Shown here: piece after piece, positions 48,430 to 60,544 of the stretch
How the letters are laid out: every line of letters begins with the position of its first letter
Numbering within the stretch: the stretch's first letter is position 1
Source of the DNA: Cetorhinus maximus
Taxonomy: Eukaryota
Length of the DNA: 64,000 bases
Assembly: GCF_964194155.1 (NCBI RefSeq)
Contig: NC_135882.1
Location: 15,128,001-15,192,000 of the forward strand
Direction of reading: 5' to 3'
Program-made: the position numbers and the translations under genes
Notes under the pieces: model-generated
Seen by the model: the letters and a program-made list of their open reading frames with translations, nothing else
Database searches by the model: none
Told to the model about the DNA's origin: nothing

Positions 48430-51330
48430 TTTGTTTTGTTTTCTCTTATTCGTTCATGGGATGTGAGCACCATTGACTAGGCCAGCATTTGTTGCCCATT
48501 CCTAATTGCCCTTGAGAATTTGGTGGTGAGCTGCCATCTTGAACCACTGCAGCCCATGTGGCTCTCCCATACTGCTATTAGGGACGGAGTTCCAGAAATT
48601 TGACCCTGCAACAGTGCAGGAACGGCAATATAATTTCAAATCAGGATGGTATGTGGCTTGGTGATGAACTTGCAGGTGGTGATGTTCCCATGTGTCTGCT
48701 GACCTTGTCCTCCTAGGTGGTAGAAGTCACAAGTTTGGAAGGTGCTGTTGAAGGAGTCTTGGTGAATTGCTACAATATATCTTGTAGGTGGCACACGCTG
48801 CTGCCACTGTGCATTGGTGGTGAAGTGAGTGAATGTTTAAGGTGGTGGATGGGCTTCCAATCAAGTGGGCTGCTTTGTCCTGGATTGTGTCAAGCTTCTT
48901 CAGTGTTGTTGGAGCTGCATTCATCCAGGCAAGTAGAGAGCGTTTTATCACACTCCTGACTTGTGCCTTGTAGATAGGTTTTGGGGAGTCAGGAGGTGAG
49001 TTACTTGCCACATGAATTCCCAGTCTCAGTCCTGCTCGTGCAGCCACAATATTTATTTGGCTGGTCTAGTTAAATTTCTGGCCAATGATAAACCCCCAGG
49101 ATGTGGCAATGTCATTGAATGTCAAGGGGAGATGGTTAGAATCTCTCTAGATGGAGATGATCATTGCTTGTCAATTGTGTGATGCAAATGTTACTTACCA
49201 CTTTTCAGCCCAAACCTGTATTTTGTTCAGGTCTTCAGGTGTGTGAGCACGGACTGCTTCATTACATGCAATCATCAGTGAACATCCCTAATTCTGACAT
49301 TATGAATGGGAGGATGGTCATTGATGAAGCAGCTGAAGATTATTGGGCCCAGGGCACTACCCTGAGGAACCCCTGCAACAATGTCCTGGGACTGAGATGA
49401 TTTGACTTCCGACAACCACAACCACCTTCCTTTGTGCTAGGTATGACTCCAACTAATAGAGAGTTTTCCACTGATTCTGAGTGACATCAAATTTGCTAGG
49501 GCTCCTTGATGCCGAACTCAGTCAAATGCTGTCTTGATGTCAAGGGCAGTCATTTTCACCTCACATCTGGAGTTCAGCTCCTTTGTCCATGTTTAGGCCA
49601 AGACTGTAATGAGATCAAGAGCTGAGTGGCCCTAGTGGAACCCAAACTGAGCATTGATGAGCAGGTTATTTTTGACTAAATGTCTCCTGATAGAACTGTC
49701 GATGACACCTTCCCATCACGTCGCCAATTTTGAGAGTAGACTGATACAGTGGTAATTGCCTCAATAGATTTGTTCTGCTTTTTGTGGACAGGATGTAACT
49801 AGGCAATTTTCCACATTGTTGGGTAGATGCCAGTGTTGTGTCTTTTTGGAACAGCTTTGCTAGGGGCATGGCTAATTCTAGAGCACAAATCTTCAATACG
49901 ACAGTCAGGATGTCATTAGAACCCATAGTTTTTGCTCTATCTGGTGCTTTCAGCCATTTCTTGATATTACATGGAGTAAATTGAATTGTCTAAAGACAGG
50001 AACTGTGATGGTGGGGTCATCAGGAGGAGGCCGAGATGGATCATCGACTTGGCGCTTCTGGTTGAAGATGGTTGCACTACTTCAGCCTTGTCTTTTGCAT
50101 GGATGTGCTGGGCTCCACTCCCATTTGTGGAGATGTTTGTGGAGCCTCCTCCAGTTTGGTGTTTAATTGTCCAACCGTTCATGTCTGGGTGTGGCAGGAC
50201 CGCAGATCTTGGAGCTGATCTGTTGGTTGTGGGAATGCTTAGCTCTGTCGATCACATGCTTCTTCCACTGTCTAGTAAGGATGCAGCCCTGTGTTGTAGA
50301 TTTACCAGGCTGGCATCTCATCTTTAGGTATGTGTGGTGTTGATTCTGGCATGCTCTCCTTCACTCTTCATTCAACCAGGGTTGATTCCCTGGTTTTGTA
50401 GTCACAGTAGAGTGGGGGATATGCCAGGCCATGAGATTACAGATGGTGGTTGAATACAATTCTGTTGTTGGTCCTCAGACCCTCATGAATGCCCAGTTTT
50501 GAGCTCCTAGATCTGTTCTGAATCTGCCCCATTTAGCATGGTGGTATTCCCACAGCACATGATGGACAATGTCTTCAGTGTGAAGATGAGACTTTTTCTT
50601 CACAACGACTGTGCGGTGGTGCCTTGTATCTAATGCATTCATGGGCCGATGCACCTGCAAGACGCAAATTGGTGAGGATGAAGCCAGGTATGTTTTTTTC
50701 TCATGTTAGTTCTCTTACCATCTACTGCAGGGACCAGTTTGGCAGATATGTTCTTCAGGACTCATCCAGGTCGGTCAGTAGTGGCGCTATGGAGCAAGCC
50801 TTGGTGATGGACATTGAAGTCCCCCACCCAGAATATATTCTGTGCTCTTGCTACCCTCAGAGCTTCTTCCAAATGATGTTCAACAGAGATGAGTACTAAT
50901 TCATCAGCTGAGGGAGGGCGCTAGGTGGTAGTCAGCAGGAGATTTCCTTGTCTGTGTTCGGCCTGATGCCATGAGGCTTCATGGGGTTCGGAGTCATTGT
51001 TGAGGAATCTCAGGACCACTCGCTCATGACCGTGTACCACCATGCCACCACCTCTGGGTCTGTCCTGCCAATCGGACAGGACATGCCCAAGGATGGGTGA
51101 TGGCAGAATCTGGGACATTGGCTGTAAGGCATGATTCAGCTGAGTCAGGCTATATAAGGGTGTTGCTTGACTAGCCTGTGGGATAGCTCTCCTAATTTTG
51201 GCCTAAGTCCCTAGATATTAGTGAGGAGGACTCTGCAGGGTGAGCTGGGTTGGGTGTGTCTGCTGTTTCCGTTGCCGAGGCCAATGCTGGCTGGTCAGTC
51301 CCGTTTTATTCTTATTCAACTTTTCTGTAG
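48430..51330 (-). mobile_element. Near-full-length decayed APE-RT LINE, apparently single-ORF; clade not determined
   Basis: Endonuclease start VLLTNI*GLRPKLGELSHRL (~51230), QDRPRGGGMVV, RT GSNDILTVVLKICALELAMPLAKLFQ, IYKAQVRSVI..LAW..AAPTTLKKLDTIQDKAA, and 3' tail at ~48440. Confidence 0.88.
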
Positions 51331-51538
51331 CAGTCTGAACCAACTGTATAGCTTGCTAGGCCATTTCAGAAGGCAGTTAAGAGTGAACCACATTGCTGTG
51401 GGTCTGGAGTCACATGTAGGTCAGAGTAAGGACGGCAGATTTCCTTCAATGAAGAACATTAGTGAATCAGGTGGATTTTGACAAGAGTCCAGCTCTTTCA
51501 TTACTGAGACTGACTTTTTTTTGCAGATTTATTTATGG
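51331..51538 (-). mobile_element. SINE-body-homologous sequence directly 5' of the LINE ORF
   Basis: Reverse complement cactaatgttcttc..gaaggaaatctgcc...atgtgactccagacccacagcaatgtggttcactcttaactgcc..gaaatggcc matches the SINE bodies at 1760-1850 and 16785-16870. Confidence 0.8.
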
Positions 51539-51754
51539 ATTGACACGAACATAGGTAGGAGTGCGTATGTGGGCAGAGGGGTTAAGGGAGGAAAGGGGGC
51601 AGTGAAATGAGAGGAGAAAGGGCAGGATGAGTTGAGATGCGATGCTTCTCAGTGCAGAGCTCCAGGGAGGAAAGGAGTGAGGATATTTTGGGGTGGGGTT
51701 TTTATTTTAATAGATACTAGAGTTTCAAACTTCACTTGTGTGATTTAAGACATG

Positions 51755-52462
51755 GGGCAGAATTTTACGCTTGGCGTGGGGGCGTCCGCCTGACATGCCC
51801 GAGTGTAAAATGACGCGCGATGACGTCGGGCCTGTGTCCTGACATCGTCGCGCACTCGCGCGGTATTTCATTTGGCGGGCGAGCGCCGGAGTCAGTTGTG
51901 CGCCTGCCGACAATTAAAAGGCCTATTAAGGCCATTAATTAAATTCAAATTTACACTGCCCGTCCAACCTTACAGTTGGCGGGCAGGTGAAAAGGCCAAG
52001 TGGCCTTTATATTCTCTTAGGAAACCTCATCCGTGAGCGGGACGAGGTTTCCTAAAGCAAATAAACATTAAATGAAAACTTTATTGTGGAATTAAAAACA
52101 TGTCCCATCTCATGTGACAGAGGGGTCATGAGTCACATGAGGGGTCACGTTTTATTAAATTTTTACTGTCTTTATTAATTTTTTTAAAAAGCGCTTTAAT
52201 CTCCCTGAGACCGCTCCCTGCCTCAGGGAGATTGAAGCGCTCTTTCATGCACATGTGTGAACTGCACACTAGGCCCGGCTCTCCCTCCTCCCCCCGCCGC
52301 CCGCACAGGCAGCGGTCAGCGCTGCCGCTCGTAATGCATGCAGGGCGGGCCTTAACTGGCCCGCCAGCGTGAAATCGCGGAGCGGAGCCGATCGTGGCTG
52401 GCGGTTAGCTGCCCAACCACCCGCCCCCGCTGAGCACCCCCGCCAAGGGCAAAATCTTGCCC
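51755..52462 (+). mobile_element. Harbinger-type MITE, copy 5
   Basis: TIRs gggcagaatttt / aaaatcttgccc; flanks atg/ata; CpG-rich body homologous to the other copies. Confidence 0.85.
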
Positions 52463-54138
52463 ATAGTTTAAAAGCGTTGATAGTATTGCTGTGCTGTAAT
52501 CTACTCTCATCTGTCCGGCATCCCCTGTACAATATTTCCTGGCATTACAATATTTTCTTCATTAATTGTTTATCACCACTAAATCAATTTGCATTGTATA
52601 TAAAACAACCATTAACTCTTAAATATATCTATCAAGACATTATGGCTGACAAGTTGGCTGCTTAAAACACTCGTGTTAAGATCCCAGCTACCTTAATGGC
52701 ACTTCGGCATCAGCTCAATTGTTCCTGCAAAGAGCCAGCATGAACAAGGCGGGCTGAATGGCCTCCTTTTGTTCTGTAACCATTCTGTGATTCTATGGTT
52801 CAAATCCAATGGCTGCCAGAGAGTGTGGTAATTCATGCAAATGTAGATGCAGTTCTCAGAAGAAGCAATGCATTATGAATGACCTGGAGGAAGCTCACTA
52901 TTGGTATGGACCATAAGTAGTTGCTATTGATATCACAAAAAGCCCAAAATCAAATAAAACTACACTCTGAACTTCATTTATATGTAATAAGAAGAAAAAT
53001 AATGGGCACTCAGGTGTGATTTCATGGATACAATCTCTTTGGTTGTCAGTCATTGAATATCTTGATGAGATTACTGCCTTGTAATCACTCTGGGGTATTC
53101 ATTATTCTTTAGGTATATCTAATAATTTTAAAGAATGCAGTGAACCTTGATGCACTCGGATAACATCCTCCATTCATATGCAGAATGCTGCAAAGCATCA
53201 GACCACAATTTATGATTCTTTTTAGAAGGCAGGTGACGTTTTTAGAAAGTTGCATTTATATCATTGACAACCCAAGAGTTTTGTACAACACAAAACACCA
53301 TGTATTCATGAAATATGATTGTGAAATATTGCGCGTTGAATATGGCTTCGCATATTTTCAATTCTATTTTCTGTAAACAGAAATATGACCCTTTCTCCAT
53401 TCAATGCAGCATATTTTGAGAATTATTCCAAAGGTTTGCTAATGCAAACTCATTGTACCGTAAAGCTCTCTTGTTTTACGGTACATGAGCCCATGTAGAT
53501 TAGTTGGTTTCATTTTAATAACAGGGAAGAATTAATGTTGTGGTAAATTCATTCATTACCTCATACATTGCAGTGCTAATCCTTTACATTTACTATTTTC
53601 TTCAGCAAGAACAATCAGTTTAAAGGAGTTTGAAACAGAAAATGAGTTGATGATTTTGCATGCTTTATCATTTGTTTCAAACATGCTTTTGTTTAATGTT
53701 TTAATTGGTATAATTTGTACGGCAAGGGATGTCAGCACTGGGAAATATAATGCTTCCCATTGAGCACATCCAGTGTTAGGATCAAGCATTCTGAGGTGGA
53801 AAAGCATCTCTGCTCTTTCCCCCCACTGTGTGCCTACCTCGTCCAATCTTTTGTCACATTGATACACCAATGTGACAATTTTTCTTTTTCTGGCAATAGC
53901 TGTCCAGTGGTTGCCCAGAACGAGGTTGCCAATTGAGTGATAAATGATATAAAGGCAATTTTGTGCTGTAGGCCTATGCCCTGTAGGAACTGGGTGGAGA
54001 CTACCAAAGCTTGTCCCCAAAGCTTGGCAGACAGGGGAAGGTTTTGCAGTGCATAAAATTGGTTGCCCAATGACAAATGCTGGAATTTCTGTGGGGGTTG
54101 GAGGTTCGGTGAAGCCCTTGGAGAAACAGCAACTAAAT

Positions 54139-54405
54139 TGAAGAATCCTGCTTCGGACACCATGAAAGTAGGCTTTGTAATCTTGAGTATATTAACAGCA
54201 GGTCTTTATTAACAACTCATAAGTATGCACATACTTACACTAGAAGGTAGAGGTATGGAGCTGACCCCATTCTTGGTCTTTGCTCTTCTCTATCCATCTC
54301 TAGACTGACCCTGGCTCTGGGCCATGTGCCTTCTTACATCACTGTGTGGGCGGTACTGTGCTCAGTCCCACATTAACCCTTTATGTACCAGGCCCAACTA
54401 CTACA
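54139..54405 (-). repeat. 3' LTR
   Basis: Homologous to 62142-62394; preceded on the element strand by purine-rich cagaagcgggtg. Confidence 0.85.
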
Positions 54406-54409
54406 CACC

Positions 54410-56570
54410 CGCTTCTGTTGGTAAGACTGGTCTTTTGCTTGTACAGCCTGGTAGCCTTTGGTTACTAACTCTGGCAGGTGGTTCTTCAGCAGGATCATGA
54501 GTTGTATACAAAGTTTCCTGCCCATCAGGAGCTCCGATGGGGACAGGCCGCACTGGTAAGGGCACTGACCTGTAAGTGAGCAAAGCGGTGAGGAAATCCT
54601 CAATTTTTTTTCAGGAGGACATTCACCTTATGGACTCCTCGTTCCGCCTCACCGTTTGACCGTGGGTACCTTGGGGAGCTGATGTGGCGGTGGACGCCAC
54701 TACGGCCGCAAGGTGTGCAAAGCATGTTCTAGAGAGCTGTGGGCCGTTATCCGATACGAGCTTGTCCGGAATGTCATGGCTTGCGAACATCGCTTTAAAT
54801 GTTTGATGACCCTCTCCGTGGTGGCTGTATGAAGTTGCTTTACCTCCATCCATCTGGAGAAGTAGCCTATGACGATTAGGAAGGATCTGCCACTGTAGAC
54901 AAACAGGTCCACAGCCAGCCTTTGCCACAGCCTTAGGGAATTGCATGGGAATGAGTGGCTCCCTTTGGTCTTGACGGTGCAACGTGCAAACCTGGCAAAA
55001 TGCAATGGTTTCCTCTATTGTTCTGGAGTTGCCAGGCCACCAGACAGCGGAGTGGGCCCATACCCCACACTTAGAGATTCCCAGGTGTATCTTCTGAAGG
55101 ACATCCGCCCACAGTGACTGTGAAGTAGCTCTGCTGTTCGAACCGAACTACTGCTTGGTTTCTGCCGAGGCCATCCTTGTTGGCAGTAGGTGCGGGGATG
55201 CGGGCACATTCTTCATTGTGGAGTTAATCTTGGTGGAGATGTTGGAGCCGGGTCTTGCTTGCCGGTAGGAGTGTGGTCTGACCGCAGGCCTTTGGCTCGG
55301 CGACGAAGGTGACATCATGCTTGGCTGGGAGGCCCATGGCGGCATCTGCTGTCGTCTGATTCTTTCCCTGGACATAGACGGTCTCGTATGTGAATCTCAT
55401 GAGGCGTAGGTGAAACCTCTGGATTTGATGAGGTATCTTTGCGAGCTCCTTTTCATTTAACATGCAGACCAATATTTTATGGTTCACCTTGATTGTGACC
55501 TTGAGGCCGAGTCGGAAATTTCTCACAGGCCCATGCGACAGCCAGAGCTTCCTTCTTGGTGATGGCGTACCTGGTTGCCATGTCTGATAGTCCTCTAGAA
55601 GCGTAGTAGACAGGTCACATTGTGCTGTCCAATTGCTCCTGTAAGAGGACTGCCCCGAGACCTGTGGGTTAAGCAGCGGCCGATACGGTGGGGCAGGGCC
55701 GAGTCGTAGTGGGCCAAAATGTCGGTGGAAAGTAACATCTCTTTGATGTTACTGATGATGACGAGCTAATACCTGCTCATGCTGGGAGTCTTAATACCGC
55801 ACTTGGCCTTTCTTGAGCAGGTGTCTTTATGGTTCCGTGACCTGTGCCAAGTGAGGTAAAAACTTTGCCAGCTGGTTGACCATTCCTAGGAGGCGCTGGA
55901 AGTCAGGGTCAGATGAAGGGCTGGAGAAACCAGTGATCAGTGGTCTTGTGTGGGTCTGCTGCTGCTGATGGTGACGTGGCTCTGGAAGCGGATGGATGTT
56001 TTGGTGAACTCACATTGGTCGTTTGGCGTCAGCCCTGCCTCTCGCAGCTGCTCTAGAGCTCCCGTGAGCCTTTCGTCATGTCCTTCCAGTGTGACCCGTG
56101 CACCAGGACATCGTCCATGTGGCAAATGACCCCCTGAAGACCCTGTCTGACATCATGCGTTGGAATATCTCTGGTGCCGATCTAATCCCAAACGGCGGAC
56201 AGTTGAAGCAAAGTCTGCCAAAAGTGGGTAATAAATGTAGTTAGGAGTCGGGAATCCTCATTGAGGGGGAGCTGCCAGAAACCATTGTTTACTTCTAGCT
56301 TAGAAAATACAGTGCTCCTTGAAAGCTTGGTCTGGCTCTCGTCCACTGAGGAGATTGGGTGGAAACCCTTGTTAAGGTTTGTGAGGTCTATACAGATGTG
56401 GAGAGACCCATTTGGTTTCCGGACCGGGACCATCCCGGAGCACAATGTGGTCGGATGTTTGACTGGGGAAAAGACTCCCAATGTTTACCATGTTATCCAG
56501 CTGCCACAGAATGAAGAGGCACACCGGCTGTTGTAGTGTGGCCTTGTCGCCTATTTGTATCAGAGTTGAT
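54410..56570 (-). pseudogene. Gypsy pol remnant (RT, RNase H, integrase)
   Basis: CSGMVPVRKPNGSLHICIDLTNLNK..FSKLE..GFWQLPL; QRFHLRLMRF..VYVQGKNQ.TADA; WQRLAVDLF..YFSRW; LVSDNGPQ; LSPSELLMGRKL. Confidence 0.9.
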
Positions 56571-57143
56571 CTGCACACAACTTTCTAAGTGGGAACATTC
56601 GGTTTATTTAAAAATACAGCCAGCAGCAACTACACGTGTGCTTTCAACTCCACGGGCAGAATTTTTAGGTCAGCATGCGGGTGCACGCCTGACACGTCCA
56701 AGTGAGAAATAAAGCGCGTTGACGTTGGTCGAGTGTGCTGACGTTAGCGCGCAGCCTCGTGATATCTCGCTAGGCAGGCGTGCGATGAAAACAGAGGCGG
56801 GCCCGCCATTAGTTAAGTGGCCAATTAAGGCCTTGAGACACCAATTGACTTGGAGTTTACGTAGCCCGTGCGATTTTTAGGCCATCACACTGGCGCAACA
56901 GGCAGGTGGGCAGGCCACATTTTCAAAAACCTCACCCATGGGCAGGATAAGAGAAGTTGCTTGCTTATGCCAGTTGTTTGTACTTTAGCTTATAACTTGC
57001 TGCTGCTTGCTTGTATGAACAGGACATCTTCATTTTGCCTCAGAGCTGCTTTGACAGAATTAAGAGGCTTCAGTTCAGGATTCTGGAGGAATCATAACAC
57101 TTGGGGCCTTCCAGGTATCAGACAGCCTTCCCTTACCCTGGTA

Positions 57144-58371
57144 ATGAGGATTGTGGTCTCTGCTGGAGGCACCTCCTCTGAGGAGGAAGAGAGGGCCAGA
57201 AGGGGGAGGAGGCCAGGTGTCTCTATTCAGCCTCCAGGGGAGTGACCTGTGGGAGGACAGGCGCAGGCACAAGGGGTGCAGGACCAACAGGAGGTTCAAG
57301 GCAGAATGGGCCACAGAAGACGCCACTATCCTGCTGCCAGGGTTTACAGGCAGTGAAGCAGCTACTTCAATATGTCTGAGGTGCAATGTTGAAGGAGGCT
57401 TTGCCTCTCAAAGGAGACTGTGCCCTCCATCTGTTAGAGGATTGGGCCTGAGATCAGTTCCAACTGTGTGGGTGGACACCTCATGCCAGTGGCGCTGAAG
57501 GTAAGAGTGGCCCTCAACTTCTACGCCTCCGGCTCTTTCCAGGGGTCAGTGGGGGATCTTTGTAGAGCCTCCCAATCAGCTGTCCACAGTTGTATCAAGC
57601 TGGTGACAGACGCTCTGTTCAGGCATGCTTTGACTTTCATTCACTACCGCACGGACGAGGCCAGCCAGGCAGAGCGAGCCAGAGGCTTTGCAGTGATTGC
57701 TGGTTTCCCCCGCATCCAGGGTGCTATAGGCTGCGCACATGTGGCCATCAAGGCACCAGCGGGTGAGCCGGGTGCCTTCGTCAACAGGAAGGGATTCCAC
57801 TCCATGAACGTGCAGATAGTGTGTGATCACAGGATGCAGATTCTACAAGTCTGTGCAAGGTACCCAGGCAGCTCCCATGATACTTACATCCTGAGACACT
57901 CCCAGGTGCCGAGGCTCTTCAGTGCTCCAGATTGACTGGATGGATGGCTGCTGGGTGACAAGGGCTAACCCCTCAAAAGGTGGATCATGATGCTTCTCCG
58001 CCACCCAAGAACAGAAGCTGAGCAGCGGTACAATAGGGTCCACAAGGGCGATGGTAGAGAGAGAGCCATAGATCTTATCAAGATGCGCTTCCAATGCCTG
58101 GACCATTCAGAGGGCGCACTCCAGTACCCCCAGATCGTGTGTCACTGATAGTGGTTGCAGGCTGCACTCTCCACAATCTGGCACTGGAAGGGCTGACGTA
58201 GTGGAGGAAGAAGACCTTGGTGCAACTACTCAGGCAACAGACGATGAGTCCAGTAGTGAGTCCAAGGATGAGCACAGTGAGGAGAATGCAGAGGGGATAG
58301 ACGCTGACCTGGGCAACCTCCAGGGAGGCAGGGACACCCGGGATGCTTTGATCCAACGCTCCTTCAGCTAG
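57144..58371 (+). pseudogene. Harbinger DDE transposase, disrupted
   Basis: PVALKVRVALNFYASGSFQ...FPRIQGAIGCAHVAIKAP..FVNRKGFHSMNVQIVCDH..YPGSSHDTYIL, then GWLLGDKG*. First catalytic D reads as G; in-frame stops. Confidence 0.92.
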
Positions 58372-58686
58372 GCTACCAAATAAAAATCATCACCACAAGC
58401 CAGGTCTGTAGGCTCCATACTCGATCCCTGACAGGAAGGTTTGCTTGGTGAACAACATGCACTATGTGCCATTTCAATAAAGTTTAGTGAGAAACAAGTC
58501 ACTCATATAATCATTTGTTTTGCAGGTGAAGCACCTAGAGCCTTGTTGTGCAAAAGCACACTTAATGCTATGGTACCTGGCATACATTATACAAATGAAA
58601 TTGAGAGGTGTTATCCATCACATCAATGAACAATTAATGTAGAAGTGGGGGAAACAAATATCACCCGTGATCAGGCCATGTTGTGA

Positions 58687-60532
58687 TTAAGGTACTTTAA
58701 GTTTGTGCTTGTGAGTGTTATGTCTAGGTGCTCCCCCCTTGCTGGCACCGGTATTGGAGACAGCCTGCTCACTCTGCTGTCCTGTTGGCCTTGATGACCT
58801 TGGCGGGTGTCCTCTGGCCCGTGAAGCCTGTGCTGGTCCCGCCTGGGAGGGAGCGGCCAGTGGCACGGCTGGCATCTCCCCAGTCGCCGCAGCCTCAATG
58901 GATGCTACGGTCACTGGCAGAGGGGCGGAGGAGCTGATGCCCCCATCTAAGAGGAGCCCACAGAGATGACAGGCAGATCGTGCGCCAACATGAGGTCGCT
59001 CTGGACCTCACTGCTCACCATTGATGGACGGGCACCGAGCTGGGATATTGGGTGTCCAATCCATCTCCCACACTGACTCTGACCAGCTGAGGTCATTGCT
59101 AGTGTGAGGGCTTGCAGGTCCAAGCGCATCCGCAGGAACCCCTGATTCAGCTCCTGGAGCAGCCTCTCCTTGAGAGTTGCTGCTCTCTCCATGGAGGAGG
59201 CAGTGAGCTCGGCCATGAGGGTCATTGCATTACTAACGCTCTGCAAGGACTCCTCCAGAACTGAGAACATGGCACGCATTCCCTCATGTATCCCCCGCCA
59301 GATCCTCCCGCACACCCTGCTGGACTTCCAGCATCTGCTGCCTCAGGGACGACTCCAGAGACACATCAGCAGCCACTGACTGAGCATGTTCCTGGTCCCC
59401 AGCAGTCCTCCGAGTGCCGGCGTCCTGGGCACTCTCTGGCTCTGCCCGCACCTCAAGCAAGTGTGAAGTGCCCTTACTAATGTGCACCGAGAAACTAGCC
59501 GCTGATCTAATGCCCACCGAGGTGCTGGTATCTGCGCTGGTGCCTGCTTGGCTGAGAGGGTGTGACGCAGGTGCGTTGTGATGGGTGCTGTCCTCTGGGG
59601 TCAGTGGTGGGCCTTCAGGCTCCTCACCCCAATGGGCTGTTGGTGAGCCTGAAAGGAAGAACAAGGACATGTCAGTAGTTGAAGTCATTACACTGTTACT
59701 GTGCATGCCTGGCACCCGGTTCATGGTGCCCTCGTCTTTCCATTATCAATGGGGATTCCATGTTCTAGGTTCACATCAATATAGAGACTACAGTGGAATG
59801 GTTGCTATTACAGACATTCTCACCTCAGTGCGCTGCACTCTTATCTCCCTGTGGCACCCCAACCTCACAGCGGCTGGTTGACCAAGACGCATGGCGCCTC
59901 TCCAGCTCCAGAGCCTCCTGCTCATATCAAGTGAGGATGATTGGGTTGGGGGTGTCCCCCGCCAGTCCGCGACCTTTCTGCATTGTTATGGAATGTTTTC
60001 TCCTGAAAGCACAGAGGAGCATTGGTTAGTCCACCCAGTACCTGCAGCGCCATTACAGCCTGGCCAACCCCACCTGAGGACCACCTCGCAGGGCTCAGCC
60101 GATTCGTGACCCTGGAGCCGCAAGGCACTCAGTCCAAGCAACCAGGGCTCACCCTCTTACCCAGCTGCTGCCTCATTGACATTTGCCACTCACACTCTAA
60201 GACCTCTGAGGTCCAAGGGGGGGGTGGGCAACTACTAACTGCTGTGCTAAGTGACCCATGCCAACACGGTAATCACCTTTCCCGATCGCAGGAGATCATT
60301 GAAGTGCTTCCGGCACTGCAACCATATGCACCTCACCACATCATGGCTGCTGACCCTGGATGCCACCTCCTCCCAGGCCCTTTTGGTGAGGTGGGGTGGC
60401 TCCTCCTCCTGGGGACGAGGGTCTCTCTCCGTGCTGCCACCTCCTCCAGGAGGGCAGCGAGACACTCAGCAGTGAAACGCGGGGCCGACTGCCCTCCCGC
60501 CTGCCGTGTCCACCTGCTACACTGTCCATCAC
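58687..60532 (-). pseudogene. Harbinger Myb/SANT-like gene, three exons
   Basis: Exon 1 AWEEVASRVSSHDVVRCIWLQCRKHFNDLLRSGK|gt; exon 2 tttcag|EKTFHNNAERSRTGGG; exon 3 from acceptor at ~59648 with coiled-coil-like LEESLQSVSNAM. Confidence 0.82.
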
Positions 60533-60544
60533 GAGGTCATCTGA

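Larger units (their letters stand above)
56654..60532. mobile_element. One-ended PIF/Harbinger element nested in the Gypsy pol region
   Basis: Left TIR gggcagaatttt plus a subterminal region homologous to the MITEs; convergent transposase (+) and Myb gene (-); no right TIR seen. Confidence 0.88.

Noticed and set aside
53556-54020. 154-aa minus-strand ORF as a host gene
   Set aside because: No recognisable domain, no real ATG start and no clear exon structure; consistent with a chance ORF.
57144-60532. Domesticated HARBI1/NAIF1-type host gene pair
   Set aside because: Stops, frameshifts, a mutated catalytic Asp, a TIR and multiple related copies show these are decayed transposons.
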